Shown one piece after another: positions 21,498 to 31,481 of a DNA stretch of 64,000 bases. How positions within the stretch are numbered: position 1 is the first letter of the stretch; every line of letters begins with the position of its first letter. Under the pieces are notes generated by a model. That model made no database searches. It was not told the DNA's origin and was given only the letters and a program-made list of their open reading frames with translations. The translations under genes and the position numbers were made by a program. The DNA comes from a virus. Taxonomy: Duplodnaviria > Heunggongvirae > Uroviricota > Caudoviricetes. The DNA is taken from IMG/VR virus record IMGVR_UViG_3300045591_000029, positions 1 to 64,000 of that record. One strand, written 5' to 3'.

Positions 21498-21520
21498 CAA
21501 GGGAGCAAAAAGCTCTCTTG
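21498..21520. terminator. hairpin caagggagc-aaaa-agctctcttg flanked by T/A runs (bidirectional)
   Basis: 9-bp stem with one G.U, poly-A upstream and poly-T downstream. Confidence 0.45.
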
Positions 21521-21622
21521 ATTCTTCTTTTAATCCTTGCTCTTTCCGAGATTACTAGTCTTGAAATAGCTGCCAATCCAACCGAGCGTACCGGCGCAAA
21601 GTGGAATCATATCCTTGGTAAA

Positions 21623-21793
21623 TCAAGTTGTCTGGAACAAAGTATTTAGACCATCAGTGAGAATATTACCAATGGTAATAGAAGCCACCTATCCTCCGAA
21701 ATAGCACAGCCAAAAAGAGATAAAGGGGAGAACGAGTACTGTTGCGATTATCAAAGCAATAGCTCCCAGAATAGCCAGAAAATCATCCATCAT
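21623..21793 (-). CDS. small membrane protein with one in-frame TAG
   Basis: MMDDFLAILGAIALIIATVLVLPFISFWLCYFGG*VASITIGNILTDGLNTLFQTT. Confidence 0.3.
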
Positions 21794-21808
21794 AATAAAC
21801 TCCTTATA

Positions 21809-22090
21809 TTAAAATAGAATATCGCGCTCAAACTGAACGCTATAAGCAGAGCTGGGATGGCTTTTACATCTATTAACCCATTCACAATGCCCCAGCACAG
21901 CTTCTTCTCTAGTGGCATAACGAGCCACAATAATCATATTATGGTCAGCGACCCAAACCGCGGTTTCATAACCCTGGTCTGCGGTTAGACAAGTGTCGAT
22001 AGTATAATCATCGACTTGATCGCGCCCAACGAGATCAGCGTCGTGATTGTTGCAAGCAATGCCAAACATTAAACTCATAAGATTATCCAT
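21809..22090 (-). CDS. hypothetical protein
   Basis: 93 aa. Confidence 0.4.
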   Translation of the reverse strand: MDNLMSLMFGIACNNHDADLVGRDQVDDYTIDTCLTADQGYETAVWVADHNMIIVARYATREEAVLGHCEWVNRCKSHPSSAYSVQFERDILF

Positions 22091-22814
22091 TGCGTTTCCT
22101 CTTTTCCTTCTTTTTCGTAGCTACATCAATAGTCTGTCGATGTACAGAGTAGATTTTTGAGGTAAGCCCATTCTTCATCAATTTATTTAGATTGACCGGG
22201 CTGTAGTTAATTGCGTCAGAGCAAACATTCAGATGTCTGTCGTCATTTTTATGACGACGATCATGGATATGACCATGAATATTAAACACCCAAGGCATCA
22301 TAGGAAGAGGTTCATGGGAGAGAATAAGTTTTTCTCCAATCATGAGAGGCCCCTCATAGATCTCGTCAAAGAGATTATTGTCTGCGGAAACTTCCCAATA
22401 ATCAAAAGGAAAATTGAAGTCATATACATCAGTAATGGAATACTGACAATCGGGGTAGATGCGTTTCATTTCATCAAGAGCCTCAGATTTCTGAAAGACT
22501 TCTTTGGGGAACTTACGAGAAATCTTTTTGCGCTCATAATTACTGCGGCCGGCGTCATGGTTCCCCATAATGAGCACCTTATAACCACGAAGTTTAGCGC
22601 ACATAGCCGGGTCGCCGCAGTCTCCCAAGATAATCAGAACATCTTTCTTACCAACTTTGCTATTGATAAGTTTAACCTGCTCTTCATCGGAAGGACGACC
22701 TGGAGTTCCAGCGGCGAGTTCTTTATCACCAAAATGAGGATCTGAATATACCCAAGTTGTCTGTCCATTCCATCTTTCGTTAAAAACTTTATACAGTCCG
22801 GGAATCATCACCAT
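22083..22814 (-). CDS. calcineurin-like metallophosphoesterase
   Basis: GDCGD...GNHD...HGHIH motifs. Confidence 0.7.
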   Translation of the reverse strand: MVMIPGLYKVFNERWNGQTTWVYSDPHFGDKELAAGTPGRPSDEEQVKLINSKVGKKDVLIILGDCGDPAMCAKLRGYKVLIMGNHDAGRSNYERKKISRKFPKEVFQKSEALDEMKRIYPDCQYSITDVYDFNFPFDYWEVSADNNLFDEIYEGPLMIGEKLILSHEPLPMMPWVFNIHGHIHDRRHKNDDRHLNVCSDAINYSPVNLNKLMKNGLTSKIYSVHRQTIDVATKKKEKRKRNG

Positions 22815-23551
22815 TCCTCCTTCTTAGAAAGGTCAATTGCGTCGGCAGCATTAAAGATATGTTCATCAAAGCTATCTAAATCTAACAATACAGTATAACC
22901 AGTATACCAGCTTGCACAGTCCAAATCAACTTTGTGGTCTTGTGCATACCACCAAGCTCCACCATCCCAATCTGGAATTTCATCGCTCCAATTATTTCGT
23001 TTTAACAGATATGGAATAGGAGTATGACCGTGCACGCAAATTTCTTTATCACCAAAAATAGGTTCCTTAGAGTGCCAATGGCATCTATCCCAAAGTAGAT
23101 CGTCGTCATTAGGGATAGCATCATCCTGCATTGGATTAAAGCCAGCATGACAGAGATGGATAGTGATTCCCTGTTCATTTACATATTTCTTATAGGTTGG
23201 TAGTTTCTTGAGATAATTCCACCAGCCAGTTTTCATTGGTTCTAAAAGCCAGTCAAGGAAAGTTTCTCCACCACCATTTTGAGAAAGCAAAGCAAAATTT
23301 TTCCCAAGGACTCCGCATCCTTCTCTCCGCACTTCATCTTCCATGGCTTTTACCAGCATATCTTCGTGATTACCTTTAAGATAGATAAAACGCTTATCTT
23401 GAGCAACTGCCTTGATAGTCTCCCAAGGATTTGGACCTCTATCTCCGGCATCGCCGAGAAAATAAACCGTATCATCGGGTTGTAAGAAATCCTGAATCTG
23501 CTTCAATAGATCCAATCTACCGTGCAAATCTGAACACGCATATGTTGCCAT
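22808..23551 (-). CDS. metallophosphoesterase (PP2B/PrpE-like Ser/Thr phosphatase or Ap4A hydrolase family)
   Basis: DLHGR...GDAGDRGP...GNHE...HGHT motifs. Confidence 0.7.
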   Translation of the reverse strand: MATYACSDLHGRLDLLKQIQDFLQPDDTVYFLGDAGDRGPNPWETIKAVAQDKRFIYLKGNHEDMLVKAMEDEVRREGCGVLGKNFALLSQNGGGETFLDWLLEPMKTGWWNYLKKLPTYKKYVNEQGITIHLCHAGFNPMQDDAIPNDDDLLWDRCHWHSKEPIFGDKEICVHGHTPIPYLLKRNNWSDEIPDWDGGAWWYAQDHKVDLDCASWYTGYTVLLDLDSFDEHIFNAADAIDLSKKEEW

Positions 23552-23700
23552 TATTCTTCCATCTCCTTTTCAATGATTTCAATAGCTTCTTGCAAATCGT
23601 TAGCAAGACAAATTGGAGCTACCCACTCATTAGCTTCTGCCCATTCAAGATCAAGCTTGAGATTCTCAAGTAGTGAAAATAAATCCATTATATACCTCCT

Positions 23701-23946
23701 TTAGTGTAACTTCATCAGATCAGAAAGATAGCACCAATCTTTGATATACTGAGGGAAAAACTCCATGTACTGTTCGCCAGAATCTTCGATAAAATGGATA
23801 TGTCCATCACGCCAAGTCTGCACAGAAACAATAGAGGCTTCAGGATAAGCATATCCACGAGTAGTTTCTTCATCGAGACGGATAAACACCTTACTACTAG
23901 GCACAGGCAATTCACCATTCTTAATGTTATGGAACATTTCTTTCAT
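23701..23946 (-). CDS. hypothetical protein
   Basis: 81 aa. Confidence 0.4.
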   Translation of the reverse strand: MKEMFHNIKNGELPVPSSKVFIRLDEETTRGYAYPEASIVSVQTWRDGHIHFIEDSGEQYMEFFPQYIKDWCYLSDLMKLH

Positions 23947-24037
23947 ACTCTTTCTCCCCTCTCTTATACATATATTATATAATATATTATTATAAAAATA
24001 AAGAGACTCTTACTGGCTAGGTAAGAGTCTCTTGCAT

Positions 24038-24424
24038 TTAGTTTTCTAATCCGATGGGAACGACATCCATGACACTATCGGGGTACATACTCCATTCGCC
24101 CCAAGCTTTCTTACTACCTTGAATTTCAGCTAGCTTTTGATTAGCATCAATCATATCCGCTACATAGATAAGCGTATCATCGTTAAACTGGTGTGACTGT
24201 GACATTTGCGTAATAATTGTTCGTTGAGTTTCAAAAGAAGCTAGAAAGCTTCTATACTCGCAGGTAGTTAAAAGCATTGCCAATGCAATAATAACTGCTA
24301 CCACTCCAGTAAGAAGCGTACTTACAAGATAGAGTGTGCTATCCCAGCAACTCTTATTGAGTGCCTTCAATGAAACAACACAGACGATGGTACAAATAAA
24401 AAGAATAATACCCCAGTAAAGCAT
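24038..24424 (-). CDS. membrane protein
   Basis: two TM helices; 128 aa. Confidence 0.45.
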   Translation of the reverse strand: MLYWGIILFICTIVCVVSLKALNKSCWDSTLYLVSTLLTGVVAVIIALAMLLTTCEYRSFLASFETQRTIITQMSQSHQFNDDTLIYVADMIDANQKLAEIQGSKKAWGEWSMYPDSVMDVVPIGLEN

Positions 24425-24438
24425 AATCTATACTCCTT

Positions 24439-24591
24439 AATCTTTAAATTGAGAGGCAAAGTGTAAGAGTATTAAAGAGAGAGTCCCTGTCGTAAAACCG
24501 GTAAGATAGACGGCTGAAGGAGGAACTATTGTTCCTAGAATAGAACCAGCAACAATAGTAGCCAGCCACAAACCATAGAGGATAATTCTCA
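24439..24591 (-). CDS. small membrane protein (50 aa, below track threshold)
   Basis: MRIILYGLWLATIVAGSILGTIVPPSAVYLTGFTTGTLSLILLHFASQFKD with RBS. Confidence 0.3.
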
Positions 24592-25322
24592 TACCTCGTC
24601 CTGCGCCTCCTCCATATCGGGAGCAGTCTCAGTCTCTTTGATAATACCCTCTAAATAATTTATATTCAAGTTATCAAACTCCTTATAAGATATTCTAACA
24701 AGTTTTATATTGTGGGTTTTGCAATACTCGGTTTTATAAGCATCTCTTTTTTGGATAATAGCCAAAGAGTCTTTTCTGTGTTGCCATCCAACTTCATGCT
24801 GTTCTCCATCATATTCAATAAGGCATATAAGTTTATTATTATTGTCAAATATTGCATAATCAAAGCTCGCAGATTTTCCACTATCTGGAAATATACAGTC
24901 TGAAATCTTATACTGTGAGATAAAGTGAATATTCATCTAAGTCAACAGTTCGTTAATTTTTAATTCGGCCTTCGACTTCAAGCATCCACATGATTGTGTA
25001 TTACCATCCATTAAATTATCTGTTTGAACAATAACAATATTACCGCACTCACATAAACATTTCTAACTTCCTGGCGGTACTCGCTCTAAGACAGTGAGTT
25101 TTCCAAATTTTTTACCTTTTAGGTCATAGGTTTTGAAATGTATTGCTTTATCGCATCCACAAGACCCGGTATGTCCATTTCGTAGAAAATCTGTTCTTAC
25201 TTCTGTTATATTCCCACAATCACACTAACATATCCATCTAGTATATTTATCATTGCGCTTAGGAGCACGTTCGAGCGCTACTAATTTCCCGAAGCGTTGA
25301 CCAGTTAAATCCAATGCTTTCA
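24589..25322 (-). CDS. putative homing endonuclease of FGKL...CDCGN family (3 in-frame TAG); track ORF 24589..24936 is its C-terminal part
   Basis: MKALDLTGQRFGKLVALERAPKRNDKYTRWIC*CDCGN...GKKFGKLTVLERVPPGS*KCLCECGN...LT*MNIHF... paralogous to 20614 gene. Confidence 0.5.
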
Positions 25323-25404
25323 TATATAATACCTCCTTGGTTTTCTATTATATATGAAATCTCTGGAGGGTATATTATTTATTTTTGCCCTCCAGAGATA
25401 AATA

Positions 25405-26667
25405 TTACTCTTGAGCTTCCTCAATATCAGGACTGTCAGAAGTTTCCTTAATGATACCTTCAAGGACGCGGAACTCGTAAGTCTTAGACTTGAAAGCAGT
25501 GAAAGTGCGACGGTTGACGATACGAACCACAACGCCCTCTTTAACATGAGTTTTGCCGATAGGATCGGCCAAGTCCTCGAAATACTTGTTAATGCGGTCC
25601 TGCAGGTCCTCGGCAGTAGTGAACTTGAAGTTCTCAATCACCGGGACACGATTAAAGCCATGCTTCTCACACCAAGCGGTAATCTCGTCAGGAGTCCACT
25701 CACGCTGACCGTTCTCGGAAGTGATGCGATAAATCCACATATGAGACTCACCGGGCTTGCAGCCGTAGGAGAAGATAGACTTTTTACCGAACAGCTTTTG
25801 GAAAGCCTTATCTTTTAGCTTGGAGTTATCGCCGATAGGCATGATGGTATCGTTCTCAGAGGGGCCGTAGTACCCTACTACCTCGTAGAAGACCTCCATA
25901 CCGGGATCAAGATGGGGTTTCAATGCCTCATGGTGAGACATACGGAATAGATCATTGCCGTAGTAGCCCTGAGAGTTCTCAGTTACAACACACCGGCGCG
26001 TACCGAGAACATAAGCCTGCTTCAGACGCTTCTTCATATGAAATAGACGACGGAAGAAGCCATTGGGAAGCTCAGCAAAGGTGTTCATGGAACGCTGAGA
26101 AGTGCCATGCATCTTAAGAGTCATATTCAGCTCATCACCTGGACGGAACTTATCCAGATTGTATGCAAGCTGCTCAGTGTCAGTATGCATTGCAAACTCA
26201 GGATAGGTAATACCCTCTGCCTTACGACCCTTGTAGGAAGTTTTAGGAGTGGTGCTCGGAGTCTTACGCTTAGGAATATACTTACGGCAGAACTCCTTGT
26301 CATTGATAGTGTTTACCTTGTCGCCGTCCTCCCAGTGCTGATCGCCAAAAGTCTCATAGATGCGCTCAAGAGCGATGACGATGCCAGAACTCTCGTTGCC
26401 ACGAAGCTTGATAGCCCGCACGTGAGAACTATTTTCCAAGTATCCGCCCTGAGGAGTGCCATCGAGATTTTTTCGATATAAGGTGAAAGCATCACCAAAC
26501 CATCTCTCAATTTCTCCGTCGGTAGGAAGATAAAGCACTAGCTCATTTTCTTTCATGTTGGGTCCAACAATAACCCCTTCGTTAAAACAATCTGCCAACC
26601 ACAGATTATCAGAATTAGGGTCTTTATGGAGATTATTTAGTTTTGTCACTAGAGCGTAATAAGCCAT
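25405..26667 (-). CDS. RNA ligase, Rnl2-like family (nucleotidyltransferase)
   Basis: motif I LKMHGTS (KxHG as in T4 Rnl2 KIHGT); 420 aa. Confidence 0.6.
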   Translation of the reverse strand: MAYYALVTKLNNLHKDPNSDNLWLADCFNEGVIVGPNMKENELVLYLPTDGEIERWFGDAFTLYRKNLDGTPQGGYLENSSHVRAIKLRGNESSGIVIALERIYETFGDQHWEDGDKVNTINDKEFCRKYIPKRKTPSTTPKTSYKGRKAEGITYPEFAMHTDTEQLAYNLDKFRPGDELNMTLKMHGTSQRSMNTFAELPNGFFRRLFHMKKRLKQAYVLGTRRCVVTENSQGYYGNDLFRMSHHEALKPHLDPGMEVFYEVVGYYGPSENDTIMPIGDNSKLKDKAFQKLFGKKSIFSYGCKPGESHMWIYRITSENGQREWTPDEITAWCEKHGFNRVPVIENFKFTTAEDLQDRINKYFEDLADPIGKTHVKEGVVVRIVNRRTFTAFKSKTYEFRVLEGIIKETSDSPDIEEAQE

Positions 26668-27382
26668 TTAATTCCTGTTCCTCCTCTTTACTAATTCGTT
26701 TATAGATAAAACCTTTATATGTATTTCTCTATCCATTTAATACTCGATAAATTGCTTTATCGGTCTTTGCTTCTGGACAAAATTCTCGATACGCCGAAAT
26801 TGCAGTAGGAAAAATAGCTAATAATTGACCATCTTTATCATACTTCGCAATCGGCTATCTTCTTGCTTCCAGTGCCTTTTTCTTTGCATCTTCTCGATGA
26901 CCATCTTGATAGGCTTGCTTTAATTTTTCACTTCGCTCTTCTTTTAAGGAAGGATTGTCAATAAACTTCTATTTTAGAGAGTTGCTAATCTTTTCATTTC
27001 TTTCGTGACTATAAGTCCGATTTTTAGCAGCTAAAGTCATATGCTGTCGATACTCTGGATCTTCCCATAGCAACTTAACAGACTCGCCTATCTATTTTCT
27101 AATTTCTTCCGTTTGATAATTTCCACCCGGAGAGACATTGTAACCAAAATCTGTATCTAAAAGATTTAATTCTTTGATTGTATCTATCTCTTTTTGTCGA
27201 ATTAAATCTTCATTATCAGATTCTAATATTACTTCCTTAGTTACATTTTCCCAGCCATATTTTTCTATAGCGTATCCGACGCGCTACCCTTTATATCTCC
27301 CCGACGCTCGCTGTTCAATAGAATTTCTAGTAATTCCGCAGTATTTTTTCCCATTTGGGAAAGTGTATAAATAACAGATCAT
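26633..27382 (-). CDS. GIY-YIG homing endonuclease (5 in-frame TAG)
   Basis: MICYLYTFPNGKKYCGITRNSIEQRASGRYKG*RVGYAIEKYGWENV...; five TAG, terminates at TAA; no ORF on track. Confidence 0.6.
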
Positions 27383-27465
27383 CTAAATAACCTCCTAAAT
27401 CTTTCTACTTATATTAAAAGTCATTAGGAGGTTATTTAGAAGTTTTGTCCAATCGCTACTTCATT

Positions 27466-27756
27466 TTATTCCTCTTCGTTTACATCGTAGCCTTGACTAA
27501 TCATGACTGCTACAGCCTTATAAACCATGCGTCCGAGGCTTTTAGACTTGCCTTTCCGCACAAGTCCCATTTCAATCAGATTGCCGATAAGTCTTGCCAT
27601 TTTCTGAGAAGTCAACGGCTGAAGAATCATATCTTGGCTTTTGATTTCATCAATCGTCATGGCTTCCTCGGACTCATTCAAGATGCTAAGAATACGCATC
27701 TTGTATTCTCCCTCTTTTTCGGGAGAAGGGCGATGAACTCTTACTCTTCCGGGCAT
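27466..27756 (-). CDS. small winged-helix-like protein
   Basis: 96 aa; MARLIGNLIEMGLVRKGK segment. Confidence 0.35.
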   Translation of the reverse strand: MPGRVRVHRPSPEKEGEYKMRILSILNESEEAMTIDEIKSQDMILQPLTSQKMARLIGNLIEMGLVRKGKSKSLGRMVYKAVAVMISQGYDVNEEE

Positions 27757-28014
27757 TTACTTAACCTCCTTGTAGGAAATGACCTCAAGATTTTCAATCT
27801 TTGTGGAGATAGATGCCTTACCAGTATAGACTACTGCAATCTTGGTGTTTCTATCAACGCAGATGACTCTACCAGTGCGGCCGTCTCTCACTCTTACGAT
27901 AGTTCCATCACAAACATAGGGCATCATATAGCTATCTCCTCTCTTGTTACATCGTAATGTCGATACCTTTTTCGTGCAGGATATTGATACACTCCTGCAA
28001 ATAAGCATCATCAT
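27757..28014 (-). CDS. hypothetical protein
   Basis: 85 aa. Confidence 0.4.
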   Translation of the reverse strand: MMMLICRSVSISCTKKVSTLRCNKRGDSYMMPYVCDGTIVRVRDGRTGRVICVDRNTKIAVVYTGKASISTKIENLEVISYKEVK

Positions 28015-28351
28015 GTTCAGGATAAATCATATTACCCTGCTTGGCAGATTCATAAATCTCTTCATACTTAGAATCAGAAATCCATGTATCTTCGCCCAAT
28101 GTACTTCCTCGCCAGTTCGGATTCTTCCAAATCTTATCTGGATGGTAACCACGCTTCTCCATCTCGTCCATAATCAGATAATGATAAGCGACAAGCAAGG
28201 CAGGGTCATGTGTAAAAGCATAGTCTACAGTTGCGTGTTTCTTGCCCCAGCCTTTTCCTCTCAGAGCCGCACATTCTCGATGCTGACCTAAGAGACGCTG
28301 ACGGTCAAGATAGGGAATAAGTTTTTGATGCCAGATACGAATGGTTATCAC
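27947..28351 (-). CDS. denV: pyrimidine-dimer DNA glycosylase (T4 endonuclease V / DenV family)
   Basis: N-terminal ITIRIWHQKLIPYLDRQRLLGQHRECAAL resembles DenV TRINLTLV..LADQHL.AEYREL. Confidence 0.6.
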   Translation of the reverse strand: MITIRIWHQKLIPYLDRQRLLGQHRECAALRGKGWGKKHATVDYAFTHDPALLVAYHYLIMDEMEKRGYHPDKIWKNPNWRGSTLGEDTWISDSKYEEIYESAKQGNMIYPEHDDAYLQECINILHEKGIDITM

Positions 28352-28400
28352 TTCTTTCTTCCTTAACTTTCTATATATATTATAATATATTTTATAACAT
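28352..28400 (-). promoter_or_regulatory. same promoter-like motif upstream of denV-like gene
   Basis: cttccttaactttctatatatattataatatatttt. Confidence 0.45.
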
Positions 28401-28491
28401 TTTTCAAATAGGTATTTATTTTGGCCAAAAGCTGATATACACTCATTATCATTTTTTAGATAACAATAGAGAAAATAATGAAAGGGGCAGA

Positions 28492-28761
28492 TTGTCTATG
28501 TATTCTCAGATGATGAGTGGGGAGAAAATCACTCCCTATCTAGTTCGTCTACTAGTTGATACCGAAGACGAAATTGCCACCCTTCCTACCCACTTTACCC
28601 CTGGCAGCACTTGCGAGGTTGTCGCAACTTCTAGCACTTATAGATTGAACAACCAGGGTCAATGGATTAAACAAAAGTCAAGTGGCGACGGAGGCGGTGG
28701 GACAGTTGTCGTTGAAGGCAGCTTAGCCGACATTGCAGACATTGATAAACTATTTGGTTAA
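28492..28761 (+). CDS. hypothetical protein (plus-strand island)
   Basis: 89 aa with RBS. Confidence 0.4.
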   Translation: MSMYSQMMSGEKITPYLVRLLVDTEDEIATLPTHFTPGSTCEVVATSSTYRLNNQGQWIKQKSSGDGGGGTVVVEGSLADIADIDKLFG

Positions 28762-28774
28762 GGAGTGATTCCTA

Positions 28775-29032
28775 ATGGCAGTCGCATTAGAAAACCTTAT
28801 TGACCTTAACCTTTTATCTCACTATGATACAAAACTCAAAGAATGGGTTAAGGAACAGATTAAAAATGGTGGAAGCATTGAAGTAACACAGCGTTCTGAG
28901 CTTCCTGAAGTTGGTGAAGAAGGCAAGATCTACTTTGTAGAAGATGCCATCTTGCAATATACCACAGCAAATGGCTATCAAAAGATCGGCGGAACTGGAA
29001 GCCCGCAGAAAATTGAGTGGCATGACTTTTAA
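28775..29032 (+). CDS. hypothetical protein (plus-strand island)
   Basis: 85 aa with RBS aaggagtgattcctaATG. Confidence 0.4.
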   Translation: MAVALENLIDLNLLSHYDTKLKEWVKEQIKNGGSIEVTQRSELPEVGEEGKIYFVEDAILQYTTANGYQKIGGTGSPQKIEWHDF

Positions 29033-29040
29033 TTAAAAGG

Positions 29041-29063
29041 GTCGAAGTATTAAATACTTCGAC
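29041..29063. terminator. hairpin gtcgaagta-ttaaa-tacttcgac followed by T-run
   Basis: 9-bp perfect stem then ctttattttttt. Confidence 0.5.
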
Positions 29064-29074
29064 CCTTTATTTTT

Positions 29075-29827
29075 TTATTCAATTAAATTATTAAGAGTAA
29101 TATTGCCAATTTGAGTATATGGAATACGTAATAACGGAATATTGTTTTTCTTACAATATTCATCTTTTAATTTATCTCTCTGCTAAATAGTTTCTAATGA
29201 ATCTGACTAAGACCATGTTGCATCAGGTCCTAAAAAATGCTATCTTCCATCAAATTCAATTAATTTGTAAAGTTTATCTTCTTTAAAGATAGCAAAATCG
29301 AATCTTAATAGACCATTTTTTTCTGTTCTTAAATCATTAAAGGTATATTGCTAAATAAAGTTTATATTATTTTTTCTTAATAAGTCGGCAATAACTCTTT
29401 CGCCTCTGGATTTAACGCATCCACAAGATTGAGTTCCTCCACTTTTTAGATTGTTATTACTTACTTCAATAAAATTTCCACAGTCACATTGACATAAAGC
29501 CCATCTTATCTATTTATCTCGACTGGCCTCTTTTCGATATCCCAAGTCTTTTATAAAAGTTAAATGGCCAAATTTAGTTCCGGGGTCAATAATTCCTCTA
29601 TTAAAATTTTCTTGCGATAATTGTTCATTTCTTAAACATCCGCAAGATAAAGACCGACCAGAGTATAAATCTCTATATTCCTTATATCTCTTTGTGCCAC
29701 AATCGCACTAACATAAAGCCATTTTTGGAGGTTTTTTAGCCTTACTATTAGGATTTACTGTATTAACCTATAAAATAGTCCATCTTCCGAATTTAGCCCC
29801 TACCTTAATAAGATCAGATTTTTTCAT
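29075..29827 (-). CDS. putative homing endonuclease of FGRWT...CDCGN family (about 7 in-frame TAG)
   Basis: MKKSDLIKVGAKFGRWTIL*VNT...W ALCQCDCGNFIEV...LIEFDGR*HFLGPDATWS*...; EFDGR*HF aligns with EFDGEQHF in paralog 20614. Confidence 0.5.
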
Positions 29828-29895
29828 CATAATCACTCTCCTTAAAATTGGAGAGACGGACATTAATGTCCGTCTCTCCAAAAGTATATAAAATT

Positions 29896-30729
29896 TTATG
29901 ATAACTCTTTATATTCTTTTGCCCAAGGAGTATCATCAAAATAAAAGTTAGGAGATTTATTTAGCCACCATTCATGCTTAAATGTTTTTTCTCCATTCCA
30001 ACGGTTCCAAATTGTATCTAACTCCTCAATATCTTGAAATAGCATCTCGCAATGAGGTCTCTCAACTCGATCAGAGTGAAAATGAGCAAAAAGCCATACC
30101 TCCCAATCAACTTTACTCTTGATATCCTCAAGCCAAAGTTCCATACTTTTATCTACTTTGGATTGGTCAAGACCAGAGAGAAACAAATCTCTTGGCTCCC
30201 AAGAAATGGGACAAGTATGGGTTAGGACAAAATCATAACGCTTACCCTCAACCCATGCGCCAATTTCATCCATTTCCTTTTTGGTTAGCTGTTCATCCTT
30301 GAACCAGCCAGTCCAACTATCTGTATCTTCTGGACGATCTCTAAGTCGATACCACTTATCTACGGAATACGCTCCGCCGATAGCAAAGACAGAGTAGCCA
30401 TGAATGTTATAACTCTCTCCATCAAAGAGGTATCTGATATTCGGAAACTCTGGCTCATAATAGACGCCACCATCGACGTCTTCATCATACATTTGCTCCA
30501 TGGAAAGATTTTCTGGACGCTCTTCATGGTTTCCGCGAACCGCGTAAATGCGGAAGCCTGTATTGTTTACGTTTCTCTTATTCTTGCGATCGGTCTTATT
30601 CAGATAGAAATTAAGCCCCATATCGCCAAGAATAATCAATGCAGTTTCATCAGGAGGATATCCAATATGACTAAGTCTTTCAAGGACTTGACCATGAGTG
30701 TCTCCTGTAACGAGCCAGTTCTTAATCAC
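29896..30729 (-). CDS. calcineurin-like metallophosphoesterase
   Basis: GDTHG...GDMG...GNHEERP motifs; 277 aa. Confidence 0.7.
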   Translation of the reverse strand: MIKNWLVTGDTHGQVLERLSHIGYPPDETALIILGDMGLNFYLNKTDRKNKRNVNNTGFRIYAVRGNHEERPENLSMEQMYDEDVDGGVYYEPEFPNIRYLFDGESYNIHGYSVFAIGGAYSVDKWYRLRDRPEDTDSWTGWFKDEQLTKKEMDEIGAWVEGKRYDFVLTHTCPISWEPRDLFLSGLDQSKVDKSMELWLEDIKSKVDWEVWLFAHFHSDRVERPHCEMLFQDIEELDTIWNRWNGEKTFKHEWWLNKSPNFYFDDTPWAKEYKELS

Positions 30730-30743
30730 TAGTTATCACTTCC

Positions 30744-31406
30744 TTACAATTCATCAATATTGGGTAAAGTATTTTTGGTCTTCCAGTAGAAGCCATGAGA
30801 AATAGACGGCATATCTTTATATTTACTTATATGATTACCTATCGCTCTTGCACTAGCTCCAGGTGGACAGATAGCTCTAGCTGCCGCAGAAATTGATTCA
30901 TATATTGCAATAATTTCTTTTGTATTTGGGTCGATCGCGGCAACGCGTTTAGATAGCTTTTTAGGACCAGCATTGGTATCCACTTTAATTCCTTTTGCTT
31001 CTAATTTAGGCTTAAAAGAAGCATAATCATAATGGAACTCTTTGCAAAGTTTATCTAATCGTTCTCCATTATTATATCTTTGGATAATTTCATCCATGTG
31101 TTCGTGATAATCTTTTATGCCGCCTTCTCCACCGCCAGTACAATTATAGCCAGCTCCATAACTGCCATAATAAGCAATCCAGTAAATTTCTCTATTGTCA
31201 ATATTAGAAGTATCACACTCTTCGATCGTTTCAATGGCGAAATTTTCTTTTCCATATTTTGCCATAGCTTTATAAAGCGGTAGTCTATCGCTATATTTAG
31301 AGACATTCCGTAGATGCTCTGCCCAACGCTATTCAACTGTGCGTTCTGTTTTGCCAACATACACTTTATTGTTGATAGTGTTGGTAATTTTATAAATAAA
31401 TCCCAT
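30744..31406 (-). CDS. GIY-YIG homing endonuclease (1 in-frame TAG); track ORF 30744..31265 is the C-terminal part
   Basis: MGFIYKITNTINNKVYVGKTERTVE*RWAEHLRNV...AMAKYGKENFAIETIEEC...REIYWIAYYGSYGAGYN. Confidence 0.6.
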
Positions 31407-31481
31407 ATAAATTCCTCCTTATTGTGCTATTATATAAAAATTAGAAGAATTTAATGAAACTCTTTCGCCCAAACATTTCCA

